64,000 bases of DNA from Vulcanimicrobiota bacterium (GCA_050250895.1 JBFWNU010000001.1:2500891-2564890); one strand, 5' to 3'. Positions 31,401-45,862 are shown, counted from the first letter of the stretch. Program-made: numbers and translations. The notes: generated by a model from the letters alone, not told the origin.

Positions 31401-31553
31401 GTGGCGATACGACGACGCGTCGTTGCCGGGCGGCCCCTGGCTCACCGATACAATCACCAGCGTTGGACCAGCACCTGGCAGTTAACCAGGCAGCGCGAGC
31501 TCGTCTATCGTTTGGTCAGGGCCAGGCGCCGTCCGCGCCGACGCACACCATGA
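31401..31553 (+). CDS. Putative 50-aa Arg-rich small protein
   Basis: AGGAGG RBS then GTG; 16 of 50 residues are Arg. Confidence 0.4.
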   Translation: MAIRRRVVAGRPLAHRYNHQRWTSTWQLTRQRELVYRLVRARRRPRRRTP

Positions 31554-31629
31554 GAGACGGTCGCCGCTAGACGGCAGACCGTAGAGAGTTTCCGGGAACG
31601 GCCACGGCCCGCGCCGGGCAGAGTTATGA

Positions 31630-33087
<1,458 letters not shown>

Positions 33088-33214
33088 GCTGTCGTTCCGG
33101 CCGCGGTGACAGGGGCGGGAGAGCAATCTCCCGCCCCGTTCCCCGGCCGGGCGACGGTAACAACGGTCTCTTTAGAGTGCCGGCACACGGCCTTGTTTTC
33201 GTCCCTGAGTCCTT

Positions 33215-33455
33215 GGACCGGTAGCTCAGCGGTTAGAGTGCTGCACTGTTGAGGGTGACGCAGACAGGGTCTCCCGTCGCCAGACGTGCCCTTCTTCCGC
33301 CATGCGGACCGTCGCTTCTTGGGAAGTAGAACTAGCTACTACCGCAAGAAGACGCCAATCCGCCTGTCGAAAGAATTGCTACGTCTGGCTCGGTCCGACC
33401 CCGTCAGCGGCCCCCTATGCAGAAGTCGTGGGTTCGAATCCCATCCGGTTCGCCA
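33215..33455 (+). ncRNA. tRNA-Asn-like RNA with ~165-nt structured insertion in the anticodon loop
   Basis: Acceptor GGACCGG/CCGGTTC + GCCA; D-arm GCTC-AGCGGTTA-GAGT; anticodon stem CTGCA/TGCAG enclosing 172 nt; T-arm GTGGG-TTCGAAT-CCCAT. Confidence 0.85.
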
Positions 33456-33576
33456 AAGAAACACTGGAAAACAGATTGGAGGAGATAATCGGCCCGGGTC
33501 CGCGCCCGGGCCTGGTCCATTTCTCTAGAGTAGATCGGTGGCCGGCCTCGAAAGCCGGCACTCTAGGAGGTGAGAG

Positions 33577-37161
<3,585 letters not shown>

Positions 37162-37165
<4 letters not shown>

Positions 37166-37608
37166 AATCCACCTCCGTCGCGGAAGGTCGCAACGACACC
37201 GGGCAGGACCATTTCTGCTTCGACCACGGCTCTGGCGCTGGGGGAGTTCGCCGGTCCTACCAGGCCTACGCTGGTGACTCTGTACAATCCATCTTCGAGG
37301 TTGTCGTTGGCAACTCTTTCAAGGCTGACCTGATAGCTGCCTGTGGTGAGCTGTTCGGCGTAGGCGAAGGTGGTCTGCCCCTCGAGCCAGGGCGGAAAGT
37401 CATAGAGTTTGAGCATCTTCACACGAGCGTCCTCCAGGCCGGATTCGGCCAGGGTCAGGGCCTGAGCCGACTCGCGCAGATGGCGGGCGGCCTGATATTG
37501 CGAGCGTCTCGAGGCCAGGAAACCGAGGCCCACCAGCAACATGATCACTCCGATCAACAGCGCTCCGATGATCATCGAGCCTCGCTCTCGCTTCAAGGCG
37601 CCACCCAC
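37162..37608 (-). CDS. PilX-like minor pilin
   Basis: RERG|SMIIG, A..LAESGLE; paralog of 21693-22169. Confidence 0.75.
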
Positions 37609-38090
37609 TGGAAAGCCACCTGGCGCAGCGTCGTGACCTTGGTCTTCTGGACCAGAGTCACGGTGATCTCGTGGCGCTGTCCGGCGCTCGCCACGCCGAA
37701 CCCGTTCAGACCCTCGCTGAGGACCTCAGAGCCCCCGGTTTGTCGCCACAAGCGCTGCCCGTCGAAGCGATACACGACCGTCACCTGGCGGGAAGGGTCG
37801 GCCGGGTCGAACCCCACCGGGATGGGCGCCGCTGGGATAGGAAGATTGGGTGCTGGCTTGACCAGCGTCACCGTGTTGGCGGCCGGAGTCACCTGGCTGC
37901 TCTCGCTGATCTCGCGGGCCACCCGGTCGAGGACATAGCGAGCGACTTCTAGTTCGCGATCTTTGGCCGCCGAATGGCGCATCAGCTCGGCATAGCCGTT
38001 GAACATCCGGGCCGTGGCGGCCAACACCAACGAGGCCAGAGCCAGAGCCAGCATCGTCTCTAGCAGCGTAAAACCTCGCATCCCTGTCAT
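37593..38090 (-). CDS. PilW-like minor pilin
   Basis: RG|FTLLE prepilin motif. Confidence 0.85.
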   Translation of the reverse strand: MTGMRGFTLLETMLALALASLVLAATARMFNGYAELMRHSAAKDRELEVARYVLDRVAREISESSQVTPAANTVTLVKPAPNLPIPAAPIPVGFDPADPSRQVTVVYRFDGQRLWRQTGGSEVLSEGLNGFGVASAGQRHEITVTLVQKTKVTTLRQVAFQWVAP

Positions 38091-38108
38091 GCTAGCAGAC
38101 TCCTGCTC

Positions 38109-38852
38109 TCACGGCAATGTAATGGGCGGTGTAGTGGCTTCCACCGGTTGTCCGGCGTAGAGCGCACGAGCCGTGACCTGAACGGTGTTGCTTGCCGACA
38201 GTGGTAGGCCGGTGACGGGCAGAGCCACCAGGCGGGCCGCGCTACCCATTCGATCGTTGGGAGTAATGGTTGCGGTCGCCACCGTCCCCGGGTCGAGTTC
38301 CCAGCGAAACGAGACATCGTCGATGGGATTGCCTCCGGCGTCCAGCAGTTGGGCGGTCAGGTCGATTCCCGGCGCACTATAGCTGGGGACGGCCGGGGTG
38401 ATGACGAGGGTCGGCGTTGGACGGGTGGGTTCGGCCACCAGTCCCTCGACTTCCACGGCCTGGGCCGGGTCGACGCCGGGCCAGGTGACACGCACCCGGG
38501 CCAGCCAGGCCGAGTTGGTCAACAGTCGAGGGTCGCTCTTGGTGCTTTCGAGTTGAGTGCTGGGGGCATAGAGGGCCTGGGCCACCACGGTGGTGGTGGC
38601 CGTGAACGAACCCACCTGGTAAGTGGCGGCCGAGTAGGCCGTCAGGCCAGCCGCGAAGGTCGGATAGTCCAGCGCCGCTGTTCGGATATTGGCCATGACG
38701 TCGCGAGCCACGCCGGCCGCCTGGCTGCGTTGCTCGATGGTGTTGAAGTAGGCTAGAGAGCGGTGGAAGATGGCGGCCAGGATGACCATGGAGGCGATCA
38801 GGATCAGCATACCCGCGACCGTCTCCATCAAGCTCAAACCCCGCCGTTGCAC
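38109..38852 (-). CDS. PilV-like minor pilin with C-terminal Ig-like domain
   Basis: RRG|LSLME prepilin motif. Confidence 0.8.
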   Translation of the reverse strand: MQRRGLSLMETVAGMLILIASMVILAAIFHRSLAYFNTIEQRSQAAGVARDVMANIRTAALDYPTFAAGLTAYSAATYQVGSFTATTTVVAQALYAPSTQLESTKSDPRLLTNSAWLARVRVTWPGVDPAQAVEVEGLVAEPTRPTPTLVITPAVPSYSAPGIDLTAQLLDAGGNPIDDVSFRWELDPGTVATATITPNDRMGSAARLVALPVTGLPLSASNTVQVTARALYAGQPVEATTPPITLP

Positions 38853-38932
38853 CTCTCCATGTTCGCATGTCAGAGCAGACTCCCTGGCTTTCGTGGTCAG
38901 AATTTAACAGGGTCGGGCCAGACCGCTGGCAA

Positions 38933-40045
38933 TTAGCTCAGCTGAGTGAGTAAACTTTGCATCGGCATCAGCAGGCCGATCACGCAAAAGGCCACCAGCA
39001 CGGCCATGGCGCTCAGCACCAACGGCTCGAGGGCGGCGGTAAGCACGTCGATGCGGTGTTGGGCTTCTTGATGGTAGAGATCGGCCAGGAACGGTAGCAC
39101 CTGAGGCAGCCGGCCGGTCTCTTCGCCCACGGCGAAGAGGCTGGCCACTACGCCAGGAAAAACCTCAGGAAAGCCCTCTACCATCTGGTGCAGCGAGTTA
39201 CCTTGCTCGAGCTCGCTCACCAGATGTTTGCCAACCTCTTCGAGGATGGGATCGCCTGAGGCCGAGCAAGCCAGGCGCAGAGCGTTGCGCATCTCGAGCC
39301 CGACCATCAGCAAGGTGCCCAGCGTCGAGGTGAACCCGTGCAGGGCCAGGCTGATGTAGAGTGGGCCGATGAGCGGCAGTTGGCGATAAACCTGAGCCAA
39401 CCGCTTGCGTCCCTCCTCGGTGTCGCGAATCTTGTTAAAGAGCAGGGCCAGGTGCCCGAGCACTCCAATCAGCACCAACCAGGCCAGCGGGCGGGTAGCC
39501 AGATCCGAGGCCCAGAGCAAGGTGCGGGTCGTCCAGTGCAAGGGGGCGTCGAAAGCGGTGACCGCCTCGAGCAATCGCGGCAGCAGCAGGGTGCAGATCC
39601 CCATGGTGCCCACCAGCGCGAACACCAGCACCAGCAGGGGATAAGTCATGGCCGCCTTGACCTTTTGCACGAGTTCCCGACGTTGCTCGAGCCAGCGAGC
39701 CGCCTGATCGAGGGTTTCTACCAGCATGCCACTGTTTTCTCCCGATAGCACCAGGGCCAGAACCGGGCGTGGAAAGAGTTCGGGAAAGTCGCTCAGGGCT
39801 CGAGAAAAGGTTTGGCCCGAGCGGACCGAGTCGGCCACATCCAGAGCTACCTCGGCGAAGACTGGATCATCGGTCTGATAGCCCAGCACGTCCACTGCCT
39901 GCAACAGGGGCACTCCGTTGGCCAGCATGGTGGTGGTATTGCGAAGAAAGAGCACCGGAGAGAGTGCCTGGGTTCGGACCTTCTTGACGTGGGCAAGTCG
40001 CCGGCGAGCCATAACCGGATCTTCGCCCTCGGTGACCAGCTTCAT
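38933..40045 (-). CDS. Type II secretion system F / PilC platform protein
   Basis: NGVPLLQA, SGENSGML, AMTYP, VGEETGRL, ALEP motifs. Confidence 0.9.
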   Translation of the reverse strand: MKLVTEGEDPVMARRRLAHVKKVRTQALSPVLFLRNTTTMLANGVPLLQAVDVLGYQTDDPVFAEVALDVADSVRSGQTFSRALSDFPELFPRPVLALVLSGENSGMLVETLDQAARWLEQRRELVQKVKAAMTYPLLVLVFALVGTMGICTLLLPRLLEAVTAFDAPLHWTTRTLLWASDLATRPLAWLVLIGVLGHLALLFNKIRDTEEGRKRLAQVYRQLPLIGPLYISLALHGFTSTLGTLLMVGLEMRNALRLACSASGDPILEEVGKHLVSELEQGNSLHQMVEGFPEVFPGVVASLFAVGEETGRLPQVLPFLADLYHQEAQHRIDVLTAALEPLVLSAMAVLVAFCVIGLLMPMQSLLTQLS

Positions 40046-40081
40046 CCTGGGAGATTTGGTTCGAGGGGCGAAGTCTGGGGG

Positions 40082-40603
40082 GTGCCGGTCTTCCGATTCA
40101 GGGTGTCTGAGGGAGCGCGGATTCGTCGTGGCAAGTTAGAAGCCGCCGACGAACCCCAGGCTCGCGCGCTGCTGGCCGAGCGCGGTCTGATCGTGCTCGA
40201 GTTGCGCTCGGATCAGGCCGCGGCGCCCCAGGACGGATTCGAATGGGACCGGCCGAAGCTGGCCTGGTTATGCAATGCTCTGATCGTGCTGGGTCTGGTG
40301 GGGCTGATGCTTTCCCGGGGTCGTCCGCAACCTGCGCCGACCCCGACGGTCTGGCAAGTGACCGTGCAAATAAAAGGCGAGGTTGGGCCCGAATTGGTGG
40401 GGCAGCCGGTGCAACTGCACTTTCCCGATATTCCTCTGACCGAGCACATCACCCCAACGGAGCGCACTTTCGAGGTGGAATACCGTTGGGAACTGAGCCG
40501 GTTGCCGGGCCGTGTCCAGGCGCTCTCCGAGCAGGGCGAGGCCCTCTCGCCCGAGGTCGTCTTAGAAGGAACCGAGGTCTTGCGGGCTCGCTTGACTCTC
40601 TAG
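40082..40603 (+). CDS. Membrane protein beginning with a PilC N-terminal-like domain
   Basis: MPVFRFRV...RGKLEAADEPQARALLAERGLIVLEL, then a TM helix and a beta domain. Confidence 0.6.
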   Translation: MPVFRFRVSEGARIRRGKLEAADEPQARALLAERGLIVLELRSDQAAAPQDGFEWDRPKLAWLCNALIVLGLVGLMLSRGRPQPAPTPTVWQVTVQIKGEVGPELVGQPVQLHFPDIPLTEHITPTERTFEVEYRWELSRLPGRVQALSEQGEALSPEVVLEGTEVLRARLTL

Positions 40604-40606
40604 GCC

Positions 40607-41353
40607 CTAAAGATGCTTGATCAGCATCCAGATGGCCATGCCCGCCATCATGAGGTTCTCGGTGAGCGAGATGAAGCCCAGCGGCACGTTGCTGTTGCCG
40701 CCCACACAGGCGCACTTGAGTTCGCGTTTGTCGATGTAGACGGCTTTGACGACCGAGACGGCCCCGACGGTCCCGATGAAGAGCGCCAGCGGGGCTGCAG
40801 TGACTACGAGTTCTGGAACGGCCGTGATCATGGCCACGCCGGCCAGCGCCTCGATGAACGGATAGATATAGGCATAGGGTACCCATTTCATGGCCAGCAG
40901 GTCGTAAGTAATGAACTGGTTGGAAAAGGAATAGAGGTCTCTGAGTTTGAGGATGGCCAGGACGGCCATGCTGAAGGCCACGAACAGTTCGACAACGGGC
41001 AGCCATTGCAAAGCCTGACCCACCCGCCACACGGTGGCTAGCGCGAAGAGCAAGGTGACCGCGAAGACGGCGACCACCGGTTGGTAGGTCGTTTCGTCCT
41101 GGTCGGTCTGCTTTCGCTCCTTGCCGAAATAGGCGCGCAGGTCGTCATAACCACCGATACGCTCGCCATCGATGAACGTCTGGGGAGTAGTCTTTACTCC
41201 GTGTTTTTCTCGGAACGCATCCGCCTCTTGTTTGGTGTCGAAGGTGTGGTCGTCGACTTCAAAGCCTCGTCTTTGGAGCAGGTCCTTAGACTTGAGTCCG
41301 TAGGGGCAGATGTGGTCGTCGGTGACCATTCGGTATAGAGTGGCAGTCTTCAT
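40607..41353 (-). CDS. Glutaredoxin-MauE/DoxX fusion protein
   Basis: HICPYG, TTPQTFIDGERIGGYDDL, CACVGG.SNVPLGFISLTEN; RBS AGGAGG. Confidence 0.9.
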   Translation of the reverse strand: MKTATLYRMVTDDHICPYGLKSKDLLQRRGFEVDDHTFDTKQEADAFREKHGVKTTPQTFIDGERIGGYDDLRAYFGKERKQTDQDETTYQPVVAVFAVTLLFALATVWRVGQALQWLPVVELFVAFSMAVLAILKLRDLYSFSNQFITYDLLAMKWVPYAYIYPFIEALAGVAMITAVPELVVTAAPLALFIGTVGAVSVVKAVYIDKRELKCACVGGNSNVPLGFISLTENLMMAGMAIWMLIKHL

Positions 41354-41475
41354 GGGGCCTCCTGGTAAAAGGGTAGGGGCCCGTCCGGCGGCATGGAAAC
41401 TCACGATCGTATAAGTCGGGGACATCCAGACGACCCTCTTCACGAGTGTTTCAGGCCGCCAAGGTTGAATGAGGA

Positions 41476-41766
41476 ATGCTAAGCTTTACGCCTGTAAACG
41501 GTGCACCCAGGCCCATCTCCACCTCTCGCCCCGCGGGGCCAGCATCCAAAGCGCCAGAGCTGCCCGGCGAGACCTTGGGAACGGCCTCACAAGTGTTGGA
41601 CCTGACTGGTGGCGACGCCGGGACCGGAGTGGGACTCAACGACCAGGGCGAGTTCGTCATCTCGGGCTGGCGCGGCACGGTGGCCGGTCAAATCGAGGAT
41701 AACGGCGAGGTTCACTTCGCCGCGGTGACCCACGGCCAACAGCGAGGTTTCGTCGCAACCAGATAG
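41476..41766 (+). CDS. Small hypothetical protein
   Basis: GAGGA RBS; 96 aa. Confidence 0.45.
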   Translation: MLSFTPVNGAPRPISTSRPAGPASKAPELPGETLGTASQVLDLTGGDAGTGVGLNDQGEFVISGWRGTVAGQIEDNGEVHFAAVTHGQQRGFVATR

Positions 41767-41826
41767 CTGAGACCAGCGTTGATCCCGGTCATTCCAGATT
41801 CGAGGGCCGGGACCTATGCTGGTGGC

Positions 41827-44307
41827 ATGAGCTCGCGATGCATCTGGTTGATTCTCCTTCTGACGGTGCCGCTCTGGGCCCAGACTCCGGCCGGCACCGC
41901 CGAGCATCCGCTGGCCCGCGACGAACGGGTGGCACGCAAGTATGCCTATAGCTCGTCAAACAAGAACGTGCAAGCCATGATGAAAGCCGACGGCTTTCGC
42001 GAAGTGGACAAGATCCATTACGGCGAGGATGAAGCGTTTTTGTTCAAGGACGAAAACACTGGCGAATACGTGATCGCCTTTCGTGGCACCGAACTGAGTT
42101 ATGCCGAATGGGAAGGCAACGCCACCGACCTGGCCGGCGGCACCTCGAGCGTGGGGGAGTACGCTTATCTGCAGATGAAGGAGCAACTGGGAGAATGGGT
42201 CCGGGACTATGGCCGGACCCGGAAGTTGCGGGTGGTTGGCCACAGCAAAGGGGGCGGGTTGGCGCTCCATTTCACCGCCGACTACTACGCTTCGGTCAGT
42301 CGCACCCTGGCTCTCAATGCTCCTGCTCAGAGCGAGGCCCTGGCCGATCAATACGCCCAGCGCATGGCTCGCACCGACCCGGACGACCAGCCGGAGGTGG
42401 TGGTGGCTGTTTCTGCCTATGACAAAGTTTCGGACAACGGGGACGACTATGTGGGAGCCGACCGACTGCGCGTAGTGGTGGGCACCGGCACCGATATGGG
42501 GTCGGAGACGAAGTGGGGTCACAGCGCCTGGTTGTTCGCCAACCCCGACACGCGCGACGAAAACGGGGCTTTGCTGCGCCGGTCCGACGACGGGCGCATC
42601 ATCACCGAGTTGCTCCCAGCGGACTGGAAGAGCTTTCGCCGTCGTGGCAAGGGTGACGAGGCCGACTTGCGAGTGAAGAGGGACGGAACCGACCCCACCC
42701 AGCCCGGGTGGGAGGTTCGGTTTGGACGTCCTCCGCTAGTAAAGTTGGAGGCCCCGGGTCTCATCAATCCGGACACTCCCTTCGAAGTGGTGGCTCGGGT
42801 CGAACTGGGCCTGCCCGATTATCGTTACGCCTGGACTCTTGATGGCAAGCCCCTCAAGGCCACGAGCAGCAGCCTCAAGGGCAGACTGGACACGGTGCCT
42901 CCCGGGGTTCATCGCTTTGGCGTCACGGTCACCGACCGGGTCGGCCATCAGGGCAGCGACGAATGCGACCTCGAGTTGTTGGGCAACGCTCTGACGGTCA
43001 GCCTCAAGGATGGCCAGGGCAGACCCCTCCAAGGCAACGTCACGACCCGGGTCGCCCAGCGTTCGACCACGGTCGAGGTGAATGGAACGAGGACTTTTGC
43101 AATTCCCATCGGTCCTTTCATCAAGGTCGAGGCTCGGTCCGACGGCCATCCGGTGGTGACCAAGGATGTCACCGTCTATGGCGGGATGGCCAGCGTCGAG
43201 TTCGTCTTCGGGGCCGATTTGCCGATTCAGCTATCGTCTTCGGCCCGAAGCGTGGTGCAGGGTGAGCGGGTGAAGGTCACCGCGCGTCTGGCCGAGGGCA
43301 AGCCCCCCTTCGAGACCCGCTGGAGGCTCGATGGCGTGGATTTACCTAAGGCCAATGGCCGTCTCGATGTTCAGGGCGTGCTCAAAGAGCCCGGCCAACA
43401 CCAGTTCGAGGTGGAGGTGCGCGACGCCGACCAGCGCAGCGGCCGAGCGGCGTTGACGGTGGAGGCCGCGGCCGCGGGGGTTCTCGAGGTGACCGTCACC
43501 GACCGGGCCACTGGGGCGCCGGTTGCCGGGGCAGTCGTGGTGGTCGGGGAGCAGAGTTTTCAGGCCGATGGCCAGGGCCGCCTGCGCTTGAGCTTGCCCC
43601 CCGACCAACCGGTTGGCCTGGTAGTCAAAGCCAACGGCTACAAGGACCGCACCGCTCGCGGCAGCGTGGCCGCCGGTCAGGTCAAGCCGTATCCCTGCCA
43701 ACTCGAGCGCGAAGCGGCCGCGGCCCAACCAGCCACCGGTTCGCGCGACCCAGCGGCTTATGGCTTGCCGGCCGGTTGCGTCTGGAGATACGGCTATCCT
43801 GGCGGGGCTGGCAGCGTCAGCGAGGAAACCTATCGCAAGCGCCTGGTGACGAACCCCGAACTCAAGATCGATGTCAAGATGTCGGTTCGCATGTTGGCCA
43901 AGAACGATTGGGAGCGCCATGGACCGTATTTGCGGCTGTTCGAAGACGGCTCGCTCTGGGCAGTCTCTTATTTCAACCACGACAAGCCGGCCCCCGGCAC
44001 CCCGGTGCTGGACTGGTGGCCCAACGGCAATCTGCGCAACGAGGGGCCGGACGGCTACGGACTGGTGGGGGGCAAGGTGGTGCGGCAGGGGGTGTGGCGA
44101 GAGTATCGCCGCGACGGAACCCTCGACGATGAATACCACTACACCTCAGACCCCAACTGGAAGTCCTCTCATGGTCCGGGGCCGCTGGTGAAGTGGGTCG
44201 ACTTCGATAGTCAGGGGCAAAAGTATGAAGAGACCTATTATGGCCCGGATGGCCGGGCCATCAAGATCTGGAACCGGGTGAACGGCTGGCGAGAACTCAA
44301 GCGTTAG
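41827..44307 (+). CDS. Secreted lipase-like alpha/beta hydrolase with PKD/Ig-like, carboxypeptidase-regulatory-like and MORN-like domains
   Basis: Signal peptide; IAFRGTE and GHSKGG; Y.W.LDG Ig-like repeats; HGPY..FEDG, G.WREY..DG. Confidence 0.75.
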   Translation: MSSRCIWLILLLTVPLWAQTPAGTAEHPLARDERVARKYAYSSSNKNVQAMMKADGFREVDKIHYGEDEAFLFKDENTGEYVIAFRGTELSYAEWEGNATDLAGGTSSVGEYAYLQMKEQLGEWVRDYGRTRKLRVVGHSKGGGLALHFTADYYASVSRTLALNAPAQSEALADQYAQRMARTDPDDQPEVVVAVSAYDKVSDNGDDYVGADRLRVVVGTGTDMGSETKWGHSAWLFANPDTRDENGALLRRSDDGRIITELLPADWKSFRRRGKGDEADLRVKRDGTDPTQPGWEVRFGRPPLVKLEAPGLINPDTPFEVVARVELGLPDYRYAWTLDGKPLKATSSSLKGRLDTVPPGVHRFGVTVTDRVGHQGSDECDLELLGNALTVSLKDGQGRPLQGNVTTRVAQRSTTVEVNGTRTFAIPIGPFIKVEARSDGHPVVTKDVTVYGGMASVEFVFGADLPIQLSSSARSVVQGERVKVTARLAEGKPPFETRWRLDGVDLPKANGRLDVQGVLKEPGQHQFEVEVRDADQRSGRAALTVEAAAAGVLEVTVTDRATGAPVAGAVVVVGEQSFQADGQGRLRLSLPPDQPVGLVVKANGYKDRTARGSVAAGQVKPYPCQLEREAAAAQPATGSRDPAAYGLPAGCVWRYGYPGGAGSVSEETYRKRLVTNPELKIDVKMSVRMLAKNDWERHGPYLRLFEDGSLWAVSYFNHDKPAPGTPVLDWWPNGNLRNEGPDGYGLVGGKVVRQGVWREYRRDGTLDDEYHYTSDPNWKSSHGPGPLVKWVDFDSQGQKYEETYYGPDGRAIKIWNRVNGWRELKR

Positions 44308-44358
44308 GCCCGGGAACCCAAATAGCGGAAACGGCCAGGCCGGGTCGAAGTCGCGGGT

Positions 44359-45201
44359 ATGGATGTTCGCCGCCTCATCGACGATCTGGCCGACCAGGAG
44401 GAGCGCTTTCGCCAGCAGTTATTCGTGGCTCCGGCCATCGCCCGGGGCAAGGTGAGAGCCAGAGTGGCGGGTTTGGTACAAAGCTTCGTCACCCACCCGC
44501 GATCGTTCGAGGGCTGGGGTGTCTTTCAAGCCAACCAGAGCCATCAGGCCGTGCTCCAAGAAGAGGCCGGTCCGGCCCAACGCGAGGCCTACTTGCGCCT
44601 GCTCAAGCCGCTGCGGCTGAGGCTTGTCATGCACCTGTTCGGCTCGCTCTGGCTGGCCTATCCCAGCAACGAGTCCGATGCTCGCCAACGCTTCGGCCTG
44701 TGCCAGCCCCTGCCGGTGGCTCTGGTGAGCGAGGGGCAGGCCTTCGAAGCCATCATCGCCCGCCACGACGGAAGCGGCTTCTGGTTTGACCAGCTCGACC
44801 GTCGCGAGCACCCGCGCCACGCCGAGAATCTGCGGCAGGCGCTGGCTCAGGGGAGCCTTGGGGAAGAGCTGAACTGGACCGATTTGACCCCCGAGATGAC
44901 GACCGTCTACTCGATGGTGGCCGAACGCTTGCGCAGCCTCGGCCAGGGTCGGGATGAGGCCCGGCTCAAGCGGGCCCTGGCGACGGGGGGTGGAGAGCTG
45001 CTGGGCTTCACCGAGCGCGACGAACACTGGGTGGTGGAGTGGGTCGATGGTCGCGGCCAGCGACATACTTCGGCCATTTCTCGGGCCGACCTGACCGTGC
45101 TCTCGGCCGGCATCTGCCTGGCCGGCGAAGACCAGAAGTTCGACCTCGAGTCGCTGGTGGGGGTGGTCGAGGGCAGTGACGAGTGGGACGATTATGACTG
45201 A
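44359..45201 (+). CDS. Hypothetical protein with putative E2-like C-terminal Cys motif
   Basis: C-terminal HTS......LTVLSAGICLAG; stop overlaps the ThiF start. Confidence 0.6.
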   Translation: MDVRRLIDDLADQEERFRQQLFVAPAIARGKVRARVAGLVQSFVTHPRSFEGWGVFQANQSHQAVLQEEAGPAQREAYLRLLKPLRLRLVMHLFGSLWLAYPSNESDARQRFGLCQPLPVALVSEGQAFEAIIARHDGSGFWFDQLDRREHPRHAENLRQALAQGSLGEELNWTDLTPEMTTVYSMVAERLRSLGQGRDEARLKRALATGGGELLGFTERDEHWVVEWVDGRGQRHTSAISRADLTVLSAGICLAGEDQKFDLESLVGVVEGSDEWDDYD

Positions 45202-45832
45202 CCGAACCTACCATGAACGCCTCTTTCGCGGCGGGCCCAACATGGAGCGCCTCAAAGGCTGCAAGATCACCATCTGTGGGGCCGGCGCGCTGGGGGCCAA
45301 TCTGGTCGAGAATCTGGCTCGAGCGGGCTTTGAGTCCTTGACCGTCATCGACCGGGATCGGGTAGAAGAGCGGAATCTGTCGACCCAGCCTTACTACCGG
45401 GCCGATGTGGGAGCCCACAAAGCGACCATTCTGGCCAACGCCGTCTATCGGGCCGTGGGGGTCTCGGTGGAAGGGGTGGCCAGCGAGTTGCTGGAGCGCA
45501 ACGTCAAGAAACTGCTCAAGGGAGCCGACCTGGTGGTCGATTGTTTTGACAACAGTCCGTCTCGCCAGCTGGTGACCGACCATTGCGCCAAGAGCGGCCA
45601 GGCCTGCCTGCATGCGGGCCTGGCCGCCGACTATGCCGAGGTGCTCTGGAACGAGGTGTATCGCGTCCCTTCGCCGGCTCAAGACGACCTCTGCGACTAT
45701 CCCCTGGCCCGCAATCTGGTGATGCTGACGGTGGCCGTGGCCAGCGAAGTGGTCGTCGGCTATGTCCTTGGTGGCAGCCGCCGCAACCTGACCATCACCC
45801 TGGCTGATCTAGCTGTGCGTGACTTCGTCTAA
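45194..45832 (+). CDS. ThiF/E1 family adenylyltransferase
   Basis: GAGALG, IDRDRVEERNLSTQ, K, VVDCFDN; ATG 45194 overlaps the upstream gene by 8 nt. Confidence 0.92.
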   Translation: MTDRTYHERLFRGGPNMERLKGCKITICGAGALGANLVENLARAGFESLTVIDRDRVEERNLSTQPYYRADVGAHKATILANAVYRAVGVSVEGVASELLERNVKKLLKGADLVVDCFDNSPSRQLVTDHCAKSGQACLHAGLAADYAEVLWNEVYRVPSPAQDDLCDYPLARNLVMLTVAVASEVVVGYVLGGSRRNLTITLADLAVRDFV

Positions 45833-45862
45833 TCCATCGTGGACGGCCATGGTTAGCCTCTT

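Noticed and set aside
33215-33455. Ordinary tRNA-Asn with a group I or archaeal-type intron, or tmRNA
   Set aside because: The insert lacks a terminal G and a BHB motif; excision would give G37 rather than A37. A full D-arm and G discriminator, with no G3-U70 pair, argue against tmRNA.
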